DNA of 64,000 nucleotides from Vicinamibacterales bacterium (GTDB lineage Bacteria > Acidobacteriota > Vicinamibacteria > Vicinamibacterales > UBA8438). The position numbers and the translations under genes are program-made. The DNA is taken from contig CBDANB010000007.1 of the NCBI GenBank assembly GCA_965197395.1, forward strand, positions 1,222,986-1,286,985, given 5' to 3'. The notes under the pieces were generated by a model that was given only the letters and a program-made list of their open reading frames with translations, was not told where the DNA came from and did no database searches. Shown one piece after another: positions 57,668 to 64,000 of this stretch (position 1 is its first letter; every line of letters starts with the position of its first letter).

Positions 57668-58627
57668 CTATGCGGACGCGCGACCGGTGTCGGGCGTGGC
57701 CTCCGCGGCCGTCACCTGTCTCACGAAGAAGTCCTCGAGCGTCTCGTGGTGGGGGGTCAGCGAGACGATGCGCGCACCGCTGCCGGCAAGCTCCGTGACG
57801 ATCGCTTCGGGCGGGCGGTCGATCGGGAGCTCGATCATGTAGCGGCCCTCGGCGACGCGCGTCACGCTGGTGGCGCCGTGCCCGAGGGTGGCCGCGCGCG
57901 ATGCGTCGATCCCCGCCACGACGAGCTCCCAGCCGCGCACCTCGAGCGCGAGGTCGGCCACGCGGCCGGACGCGACGAGTCGGCCCTTCGTCAGCACCGC
58001 AACGCGGCTGCACACGGCCTGCGCGTCGCCGAGGATGTGCGAGCTGAAGAAGAGCGTCCGCCCCTCGTCGCGCAACCGCAAGATGATGTCGCGAACGTCG
58101 CGGCGTCCGAGCGGATCCAAGCCGGACATGGGTTCGTCCAGAAAGACAACCTCCGGATCGTTGATCAGCGCCTGGGCGATGCCGACACGCTGCAACATCC
58201 CCTTTGAGTACTTCCGTAGCACCCGTCGCCGCTCCGCGCCGAGGCCGACGCGGTCGAGGAGCTGCGCCGCGCGACGGCGCGACTCGGCGCCTGTGTACCC
58301 GAACAACCCTGCGAAATAGACGAGCAACTCCTCCGCGGTGACGTTGTCGTAGAAGTACGGTGTTTCCGGTAGGAAGCCGATGCGCCGGCGAACCGCCACG
58401 TCACCGGCCGGCCTGCCCAAGATTTCGGCCAGACCGGACGTCGGATAGAGGAGCTGCATGAGCAGCTTCAGCGTGGTCGTCTTCCCTGCCCCGTTCGGTC
58501 CGAGATAGCCGATGACCTCGCCTGGCTCTACATCGAGCGTCACCCGGTCGAGCGCGCGGTACGGGCGGGGACGCCAAAACCCCACCTTGAAGTCCTTGGT
58601 GAGCTCCGCGAGGCGAACGGCGCGCAT
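57668..58627 (-). CDS. ABC transporter ATP-binding protein
   Basis: 319 aa. Walker A is GPNGAGKTT, the signature is YSKGMLQR and Walker B is VVFLDEP. Confidence 0.9.
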   Translation of the reverse strand: MRAVRLAELTKDFKVGFWRPRPYRALDRVTLDVEPGEVIGYLGPNGAGKTTTLKLLMQLLYPTSGLAEILGRPAGDVAVRRRIGFLPETPYFYDNVTAEELLVYFAGLFGYTGAESRRRAAQLLDRVGLGAERRRVLRKYSKGMLQRVGIAQALINDPEVVFLDEPMSGLDPLGRRDVRDIILRLRDEGRTLFFSSHILGDAQAVCSRVAVLTKGRLVASGRVADLALEVRGWELVVAGIDASRAATLGHGATSVTRVAEGRYMIELPIDRPPEAIVTELAGSGARIVSLTPHHETLEDFFVRQVTAAEATPDTGRASA

Positions 58628-58671
58628 CCCGGCTGCTATCCCTCTGTCCCCACGATCGTGCGCCCGACCAT

Positions 58672-59925
58672 CTAAGGGGCACCGTCGGCGCGCGCGAGCT
58701 CGTAGGCGACTGCCGCGTCGAAGAACTCGGGCGCCAGACCGCCTTTGAGCACTACACCGTTGATGACGTAGGTCGGCGTGGCCTCGACCGGCAGCTGTTC
58801 GCCGCTGGCGATGTCGAGCCTGACCTGTGCGACCTCGGCCTCATACGCCGCATCGAACCGCTCGCTGGCGACGCCGGCGAGATCCGCCAGCGCGGTCACG
58901 ATCGTCTCGCGCGTGAGGGTCGCCTGATTGGCGTACAACCACTCCTCCATCTCCTGCCGCGCATCGGCGCCGACGGTATCCGCAAGGCGAACCGCGACCG
59001 CTGCCTCGCAGGCCGCGTCGTGCGGCCCGTTCGGCGACCCGTCGTTGCACTCGGGGTCAAGTGGATAGTCGAGCGTGACAAGAGCGACGGACCCCGGGTG
59101 GCTCGAGGCGTATTTCGCGAAGATCGGTCCATACAGGAGGTGGGTGTTGGCGCAGGCAGGACATTGGTAGTCGTTGAACTTGACGACCACCACCCTGGCC
59201 TCGGGGTCCTGCGCCGAATCCGGTAGCGCGAGATCGACGCGAGGCTGGGCTTCCCAGAACCGCTCGAACTCGCTCTGCTGGTCGGCCGCTGCCGCGGGCG
59301 GGGGCTCGGCCACGGCGGTCTCGCCCGGCACGGCGGCGACCATAGCCGGCGCGTCGCCCAGGCCCGCGAACCACACGGTCGCGCCTGCCGACGTCACGAT
59401 GAACGCGGCGACGAGCCCAAGGCCAACCGGTCTGGAGGCCAGGCTTCGGAGATCGGCGACCGCGGCGGCCGGGAGGCGCGTGACCGGCGTCGAGGGACCC
59501 ATGCCCGACACGATGAAGATGCCGACGACGGCCACGTAGACGATGACGCAGAGCACACAGACGACCTGGAGGACGATGAACGAGGCGTACGCCATATACA
59601 TGGCGACGGCGAGACCCACCGTGGACCACACGAGGAGATACCCGCTCACGTGCGGTTGCGACGCCGCCGGGGCCGTCGCGCCGGCGAAGGCAAGGAGGAG
59701 AACGCCGACGAACCAGATCACACCGCCGACGGCGACCGGGACTCCGGCGAGGCTCCCGTAGCGGCTCTGGTAGACGTCGGTGCAACTGATACGTGCGTTG
59801 ATGTCGCAGAACGTCGTGTAGCCCGGGTCGGTCACCATCTGCACGTGCACGTAGCTGGAGATCCCGGCGGCCACGAGGCCGCCGAGCGCCAGGACCGTCA
59901 TCCAGCGCCGAGCTCGGCTACTCAT
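58672..59925 (-). CDS. VKOR-domain / DsbA-like thioredoxin-fold fusion protein (disulfide bond formation)
   Basis: Internal ATG at 59925. The N-terminal multi-TM domain has a loop Cys pair (FCDINARISC) and CVLC in a TM helix. The C-terminal soluble domain has YQCPAC. Confidence 0.8.
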   Translation of the reverse strand: MSSRARRWMTVLALGGLVAAGISSYVHVQMVTDPGYTTFCDINARISCTDVYQSRYGSLAGVPVAVGGVIWFVGVLLLAFAGATAPAASQPHVSGYLLVWSTVGLAVAMYMAYASFIVLQVVCVLCVIVYVAVVGIFIVSGMGPSTPVTRLPAAAVADLRSLASRPVGLGLVAAFIVTSAGATVWFAGLGDAPAMVAAVPGETAVAEPPPAAAADQQSEFERFWEAQPRVDLALPDSAQDPEARVVVVKFNDYQCPACANTHLLYGPIFAKYASSHPGSVALVTLDYPLDPECNDGSPNGPHDAACEAAVAVRLADTVGADARQEMEEWLYANQATLTRETIVTALADLAGVASERFDAAYEAEVAQVRLDIASGEQLPVEATPTYVINGVVLKGGLAPEFFDAAVAYELARADGAP

Positions 59926-60127
59926 CCGTCGCACCCTCCGTTCGTTCACTGACCCACGGTGTACGCATCTGACAGTCTTGTAAAGGCTCCGGGAAGCGAC
60001 GTCAAGCCAGTGCGCAGTCGGCGCCGGCCGCGGGAGACCCGGCCCGAGAGACACGCCGTCACTCGTGATGTCGGCCGGAGGAGCCCCGGACGACAGCGGT
60101 GCGCCTCGCCAGCGGCGCTGGGGGAGA

Positions 60128-60673
60128 TTACTGAACAATCGTGCTTCCTGGCGGCGCGCCGTTCTGGGTCACCGGGAGAGCAGCGGTTGCCTGGTAGATC
60201 GTCCCGCCCTGGTTCATCCCGAAGAATCGGATGCCCCCGTTCGAAATGGGGTTGGCTCCAGCGTAGTAGGTCCACACCAGGCTCCCGGCCGCCACCCCGT
60301 TGCACGACGGCGCGGCTGCGGAGGCCAACGGCCCGGGTGTCAACGTCAAGAGATAGCTGCTCTTGGACGAGGGATCGGTCGACAGGTCGGGGCTGATGAA
60401 GCCGTCGCCTGGGCTGGCCGCGGGCGCCGTCCCGAGGACCGTGAGGGAGGGGGCATAGAATCCGAAGCCGCACGACGACGTGTACGAGTACTGCGCGCTG
60501 TTGATGATGCGAAGCGAGCCGATGGCGGCCGACTCGTTTGCGGCGGCCCTGGCTCGGTTGAGGCCCGGCAGGGCCATTGCCGCGATGAGCATCATGACCG
60601 CCAGGGCGATCATGATCTCCATCAGCGTGAAGCCACAGGGCGCCCCGATCATCACGCGGACCCTCGACGCCAT
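60128..60673 (-). CDS. type IV pilin paralog 2 (prepilin-type N-terminal methylation motif)
   Basis: 181 aa. The leader is ...MIGAPCG|FTLMEIMIALAV. It is collinear with the upstream pilin and has two conserved Cys (SSCGFGFYAP, APSCNG). Confidence 0.85.
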   Translation of the reverse strand: MASRVRVMIGAPCGFTLMEIMIALAVMMLIAAMALPGLNRARAAANESAAIGSLRIINSAQYSYTSSCGFGFYAPSLTVLGTAPAASPGDGFISPDLSTDPSSKSSYLLTLTPGPLASAAAPSCNGVAAGSLVWTYYAGANPISNGGIRFFGMNQGGTIYQATAALPVTQNGAPPGSTIVQ

Positions 60674-60720
60674 CGCACCCTGGTCCTCCCGGCCCGTTCC
60701 ACGCGTAGATTAGCATCGAC

Positions 60721-60751
60721 AAAAAAAGGGGACGCCCGCGCGGGCATCCCC
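60721..60751 (-). terminator. Rho-independent terminator after pilin paralog 1
   Basis: Minus strand: GGGGATGCCCG-CG-CGGGCGTCCCC followed by T7. It starts 24 nt after the pilin stop. Confidence 0.8.
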
Positions 60752-60774
60752 CGGTCGACTCGATGGTGTCGGCC

Positions 60775-61308
60775 CTACTGAATTGGCGCGGAGCCGGCGG
60801 GCGCTCCCTGCTGCGTCACCGGCACGGCGGCGCCGCTGATGAAGTAGATGGTCCCACCCTGGTTCGACCCGAAATTTCGCACGCCGCCACCGGCCATCGG
60901 CGCGCCGCCGACGAAGTAGGTCGAAGCCACCGCACCAACCGCAAGCCCGTTGCACGACGCGGGGGCGCCGGCAGCCGCCGCCCCGCCCGCCAACGTGATG
61001 GTGTAGCTGCTCTTGATCGACGGATCGGTGGCCAGGTCCGTGCCGATGAAGCCATCGGTGCCGGCGGCCGGCGGCGCCGCGAGGTTGACCAACGTGGGCG
61101 CGTAGAAACCACTCCCGCAGCTCGCGGCGTAGGTCGACTGGGCGCTGTTGATCGCGCGGAGCGACCCGATGGCCGATGCCTCGTTCCCCGACATACGCGC
61201 CCGGAGCAGCCCAGGCACCGCAATGGCGGCGATGATGCCGATGATCGCCACGACGATCAGCAGCTCGATCAGTGTGAATCCTTCGTTCTTCGCCATGCGC
61301 TTCTTCAT
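60775..61308 (-). CDS. pilA: type IV major pilin candidate (paralog 1)
   Basis: Internal ATG at 61308 after GGGGAGAGAG. The leader is MKKRMAKNEG|FTLIELLIVVAIIGIIAAIAVPGL. It has two Cys, its own sigma-54 promoter and its own terminator. Confidence 0.85.
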   Translation of the reverse strand: MKKRMAKNEGFTLIELLIVVAIIGIIAAIAVPGLLRARMSGNEASAIGSLRAINSAQSTYAASCGSGFYAPTLVNLAAPPAAGTDGFIGTDLATDPSIKSSYTITLAGGAAAAGAPASCNGLAVGAVASTYFVGGAPMAGGGVRNFGSNQGGTIYFISGAAVPVTQQGAPAGSAPIQ

Positions 61309-61389
61309 TGCTCTCTCCCCTGGGAACACGGTTCCGAGTCCGTTGACGCTCGAGTTTCTCATGACTCAATCTCGTTGCCCCGTATAGCA

Positions 61390-61404
61390 GCAACGGGCGT
61401 GCCA
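61390..61404 (-). promoter_or_regulatory. sigma-54 (-24/-12) promoter, exact consensus
   Basis: The minus strand reads TGGCAC-GCCCG-TTGCT, matching TGGCAC-N5-TTGCW. It lies about 82 nt upstream of the pilin ATG. Confidence 0.8.
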
Positions 61405-61508
61405 ACACGATCGACGAATCAAGCTATTTGTTAACTGACGTATATACAGATATTTACACGGTATCGTCTTCGCCTGGGCCGGTCCCCGTGGCCGGCCGAA
61501 TCGGACTA

Positions 61509-61525
61509 CTGACACTAATTGTCAG
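61509..61525. promoter_or_regulatory. inverted repeat CTGACA-N5-TGTCAG; candidate enhancer (PilR-type) binding site
   Basis: A perfect 6-bp inverted repeat containing TGTC half-sites, about 105-120 bp upstream of the -24 element. An AT-rich tract lies between them, including the IHF-like AATCAAGCTATTT at 61417-61429. Confidence 0.4.
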
Positions 61526-61645
61526 GTCCGCACGGCCAATAAGTGCCCGGGAGTGGCGTCTAGGGGGGATCGTGGAATACGTCGCGGGCGGCGCGAGGCT
61601 GCTGGCAAGGCCTCGCCGCCGCCTCGATTCACGCTTCGGTCACCG

Positions 61646-61905
61646 AAAAAAAAAGGGTCTATCCGGGTTTCCCAACGCTATTTTGGGGCCTTTCGGGATT
61701 TTTCTGGGTTTTCCGTGGATGATTTGATGGGAAAGGCCCTGTGGAAGCTCGTGGAAAACGCGCAGCGTTTTCCGAGGTGCGGTGGGCGCGTTCTGTGCGT
61801 CCACGGCGCCGGCAGCTTCCACAGGGCCCATCCGTATGCGACAAGATCGCCGCGTCCTCGGACTGCAGTCGACCCGTGAATGACTATGTTCACATCGAAG
61901 CGGCC
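61646..61905 (+). repeat. structured ~260-bp repeat, copy 1
   Basis: It starts with A9 and aligns with 63712-64000. Perfect stems:
- 61686-61694 / 61731-61739
- 61737-61749 / 61814-61826
- 61753-61761 / 61765-61773
- 61782-61789 / 61797-61804 (one G-T). Confidence 0.85.
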
Positions 61906-62057
61906 GACCTGTGCAGGCCGAACGCTCGATTTACCCAGGAAAGACAGGGATATCAGGTACTTACGCCCTTTGAGAAACTCGGATATCCCCCTGTGCCAAT
62001 AATCGGTGAGACAACCTTCCGAGTGAGATTAGTGTAGGGGCGGGGAGGGTTTGATGG

Positions 62058-62546
62058 ATGAATCGCATGCCACCAGCCGTGGAGATGGAGGCGGTCGTGG
62101 GGTCGAAGGCGGAGGGAGCCCGGCGGGCGACCGGAGCCTTCGGCCCCAACGCTACGTCAGCCGCGACGGCACCCGATCCTGAAGTGCGGGCGAAAGCCCA
62201 GCGCCGCCGGTTCACGGCGGCGTATCGGCTCCGCATTCTCAAGCAGGCGGACGCGTGCAAGCGGCCTGGCGAGCTGGGGGCGCTGCTGCGCCGAGAAGGC
62301 TTGTATAGCTCGCACTTGGCGAACTGGCGACGGCAGCGTGAGCAGGGCGCCCTGCGGGACATGCGGGGACGTCGGCGCGGCCCGACCCCACGTCCGATCG
62401 ACCCGCGTGTGAAGCAGTTGGAAGCCGAGAATCACAGGCTCGAGCGGAAGCTGCAGCGGGCCGAGACGATCATCGCCCTCCAAAAAAAAGTTGCCGAGAT
62501 CCTGGAGATCCCCCTGAAACCCCTCGACACCGACGAGACCGACTGA
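62058..62546 (+). CDS. IS3-family transposase OrfA (HTH + leucine-zipper region)
   Basis: 162 aa. RRRFTAAYRLRILKQAD...LLRREGLYSSHLANWRRQ and the C-terminal LEAENHRLERKLQRAETIIALQKKV are typical of IS3 OrfA. Confidence 0.88.
   Translation: MNRMPPAVEMEAVVGSKAEGARRATGAFGPNATSAATAPDPEVRAKAQRRRFTAAYRLRILKQADACKRPGELGALLRREGLYSSHLANWRRQREQGALRDMRGRRRGPTPRPIDPRVKQLEAENHRLERKLQRAETIIALQKKVAEILEIPLKPLDTDETD
62482..62489 (+). other. programmed -1 ribosomal frameshift slippery run (A8) of the IS3 element
   Basis: CAAAAAAAAG reads Q-K-K-V in the orfA frame. My manual translation shows the -1 frame is open from this run to the orfB ATG (KKSCRDPGDPETPRHRRDRLM...). Confidence 0.7.
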
Positions 62547-63664
62547 TGCGCGCGATCGAGGCCGTCACGGCGACGGGCGAGACGTCGGCGTTGTGTCAGA
62601 GCATCGGCGTGTCCCGCGCGTCGCTCTATCGGCGGCGCCGGCCCACGCCGCCGCCGCCGCCCCGGCGGCCCCGCGCGCCGTCGCCGCGCGCGCTGGTCGC
62701 TGCCGAACGGCGAGCCGTCCGCGACATGTTGCACAGCGCGCGGTTTGTCGATCAATCGCCCGCCGAAGTCTATGCGACGTTGCTTGAGGAGCAGACCTAC
62801 CTCTGCTCCCCGCGCACGATGTATCGGGTGCTCGCCGCGGCCGACGAAGTGCGGGAGCGCCGCGACCAGGTGCGGCATCCGGCATACGTCAAACCCGAGC
62901 TCGTCGCGACGGCGCCCAATCAGGTCTGGTCCTGGGACATCACCAAGCTGAAAGGCCCGGTCCCGTATCTCTACTACTCGCTCTACGTCATCCTCGACCT
63001 CTTCAGCCGCTACGTCGTGGGCTGGATGGTGGCGCGCCACGAGAATGCGCACTTGGCCGAGCGCTTGATCGAGCAGACCTGCGCAAAGCAGTGCATCGGG
63101 CCGCAGCAGCTCACGATTCACGCCGACCGCGGCGCGCCCATGCGCAGCAAGCTCGTCGCGCTGTTGTTCTCCGACCTCGGCATCGCGGCCAGCCACGCGC
63201 GGCCGCGCGTGAGCAATGACAATCCGTTCTCCGAGGCGCAGTTTCGCACCTTCAAGTATCGGCCGGAGTTTCCGAAGCGGTTCGGCGCACTCGAACACGC
63301 GCGCGCCCTCTGCCACGACCTCTTGGCTTGGTACAATGACGCCCACCACCACAGCGGCCTCAGCTATCTCACGCCGGCCGACGTGCATTACGGCCGCGCG
63401 TCGGCGACTCTCGACCGGCGTCACCGCACCCGCCTCGCGGCCTACGCCGCGCATCCGGAGCGATTCGTCAGCGGGCCACCACGCCCAGAAACCTTGCCGA
63501 CCGCCGTATGGATCAATCCGCCGTCGATAACGACCCGCCAGGATGCCCCAGGACCGACGACCGGCACCCCCAACGACTCGCAGCATGCGGTCGTTGCCCG
63601 GCCGCCACCGCCGTTCGATCGGTCGTCGTTGCACCGCGTCGATGGCGTGGAGTCGCTACAGTAA
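62546..63664 (+). CDS. IS3-family transposase OrfB (DDE/rve integrase core)
   Basis: 372 aa. The DDE motifs are WSWDITKL, IHADRGAPM and SNDNPFSEAQFRTFKY. HSGLSYLTPADVHYG is typical. Confidence 0.9.
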   Translation: MRAIEAVTATGETSALCQSIGVSRASLYRRRRPTPPPPPRRPRAPSPRALVAAERRAVRDMLHSARFVDQSPAEVYATLLEEQTYLCSPRTMYRVLAAADEVRERRDQVRHPAYVKPELVATAPNQVWSWDITKLKGPVPYLYYSLYVILDLFSRYVVGWMVARHENAHLAERLIEQTCAKQCIGPQQLTIHADRGAPMRSKLVALLFSDLGIAASHARPRVSNDNPFSEAQFRTFKYRPEFPKRFGALEHARALCHDLLAWYNDAHHHSGLSYLTPADVHYGRASATLDRRHRTRLAAYAAHPERFVSGPPRPETLPTAVWINPPSITTRQDAPGPTTGTPNDSQHAVVARPPPPFDRSSLHRVDGVESLQ

Positions 63665-63711
63665 ATGCTGAACCAGGTTGTCTCAAAGACGTTGACACGG
63701 CCCGTATAGCC

Positions 63712-64000
63712 AAAAAAAAGGGTCTATCCGGGTTTCCCAACGCCATTTTGGGGCCTTTCGGGGTTTTTCGTGGGTGATTTGATTGGAAAGGCCCTGTGGG
63801 AGCTCGTGGAAAACGCACAGCGTTTTCCAAGGCACGGTGGGCGCGTTCTGTGCGTCCACGGCGCCGTCAGCTTCCACAGGGCCCGTCCGTGCGCGACAAG
63901 ATGGCTCCCAGGGAGGGGGCCCATGCGTGATGTCGAACTGGACCGCTGCGTCCTCGGACTGCAGTCGACCGGCGAACAACTATGTTCGCGTCAACACCGT
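63712..64000 (+). repeat. structured repeat, copy 2 (runs to the window end)
   Basis: It starts with A8, 26 bp after the IS right end, in the same orientation as copy 1. It lacks a 10-nt loop segment and carries an extra ~45 nt (about 63903-63947) relative to copy 1. Confidence 0.85.

Larger units (their letters stand above)
62007..63685 (+). mobile_element. IS3-family insertion sequence (orfA/orfB, -1 frameshift)
   Basis: The terminal inverted repeats start TGAGACAACCT at 62007 and, in reverse complement, at 63685. There are two overlapping ORFs, with orfB in the -1 frame, and an A8 slippery run. Confidence 0.88.

Noticed and set aside
59926-60127. Sigma-54-like TGGCTT-GACGT-CGCT and a TTGACG-N17-TACAAG hexamer pair upstream of the VKOR-DsbA gene.
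   Set aside because: The GG-to-GC spacing is one nucleotide short for sigma-54, and the -10 hexamer lacks the invariant final T. There is no support without transcript mapping.
61428-61893. Small ORFs inside the structured repeat: 61428..61727(+), 61553..61879(+), 61678..61893(-), and their counterparts in copy 2.
   Set aside because: They lack the genome's GC3 bias. An indel between the copies shifts their frames. Their amino-acid similarity between copies merely reflects nucleotide identity.

Overview
High-GC bacterial chromosomal segment (about two-thirds to 70% G+C, judged by eye) that is densely coding. Third codon positions are almost always G/C, which I used as a frame check. Pilin sequences and gene content look Acidobacteriota-like; this is inference only and cannot be verified here.

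Positions 1-49.8 kb are core housekeeping:
- acnA fragment, nfo, an AMMECR1/Memo pair, gatC-gatA, rpoZ
- a translationally coupled ymdB-xseA-xseB-ispA-tlyA-nadK block
- glgP, an HtrA protease, an AmgK/MurU-like kinase plus nucleotidyltransferase pair, asnS
- the conserved rimP-nusA-infB-DUF503-rbfA-nrnA-truB-rpsO-pnp supercluster
- smc, an S41 protease, tatA-tatC, an OmpA-like protein, proS, aroB

Positions 49.8-61.4 kb, all on the minus strand, are a type IV pilus locus. It contains two tandem pilin paralogs, the first behind a consensus sigma-54 promoter. It also contains a VKOR-DsbA fusion, an ABC transporter plus a TPR-like protein, prepilin peptidase, a PilS-like kinase, three minor-pilin-like genes and a PilR-like sigma-54 activator.

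Positions 61.4-64 kb are a lower-GC accessory patch. An IS3-family element with an intact frameshift signal and no visible target duplication is bracketed by two direct copies of a roughly 260-bp hairpin-rich repeat. The substitutions between the copies avoid the predicted stems.

Other points worth a second look:
- a REP-like extragenic element in two loci with a compensatory stem change
- an in-frame 3 x 33-bp tandem repeat inside rimP
- a promoter-plus-terminator arrangement directly upstream of rimP
- an apparent frameshift in the DUF503 gene
- a 69-bp AT-rich island

No rRNA, tRNA or CRISPR array was seen. All motif calls were made by eye without tools.
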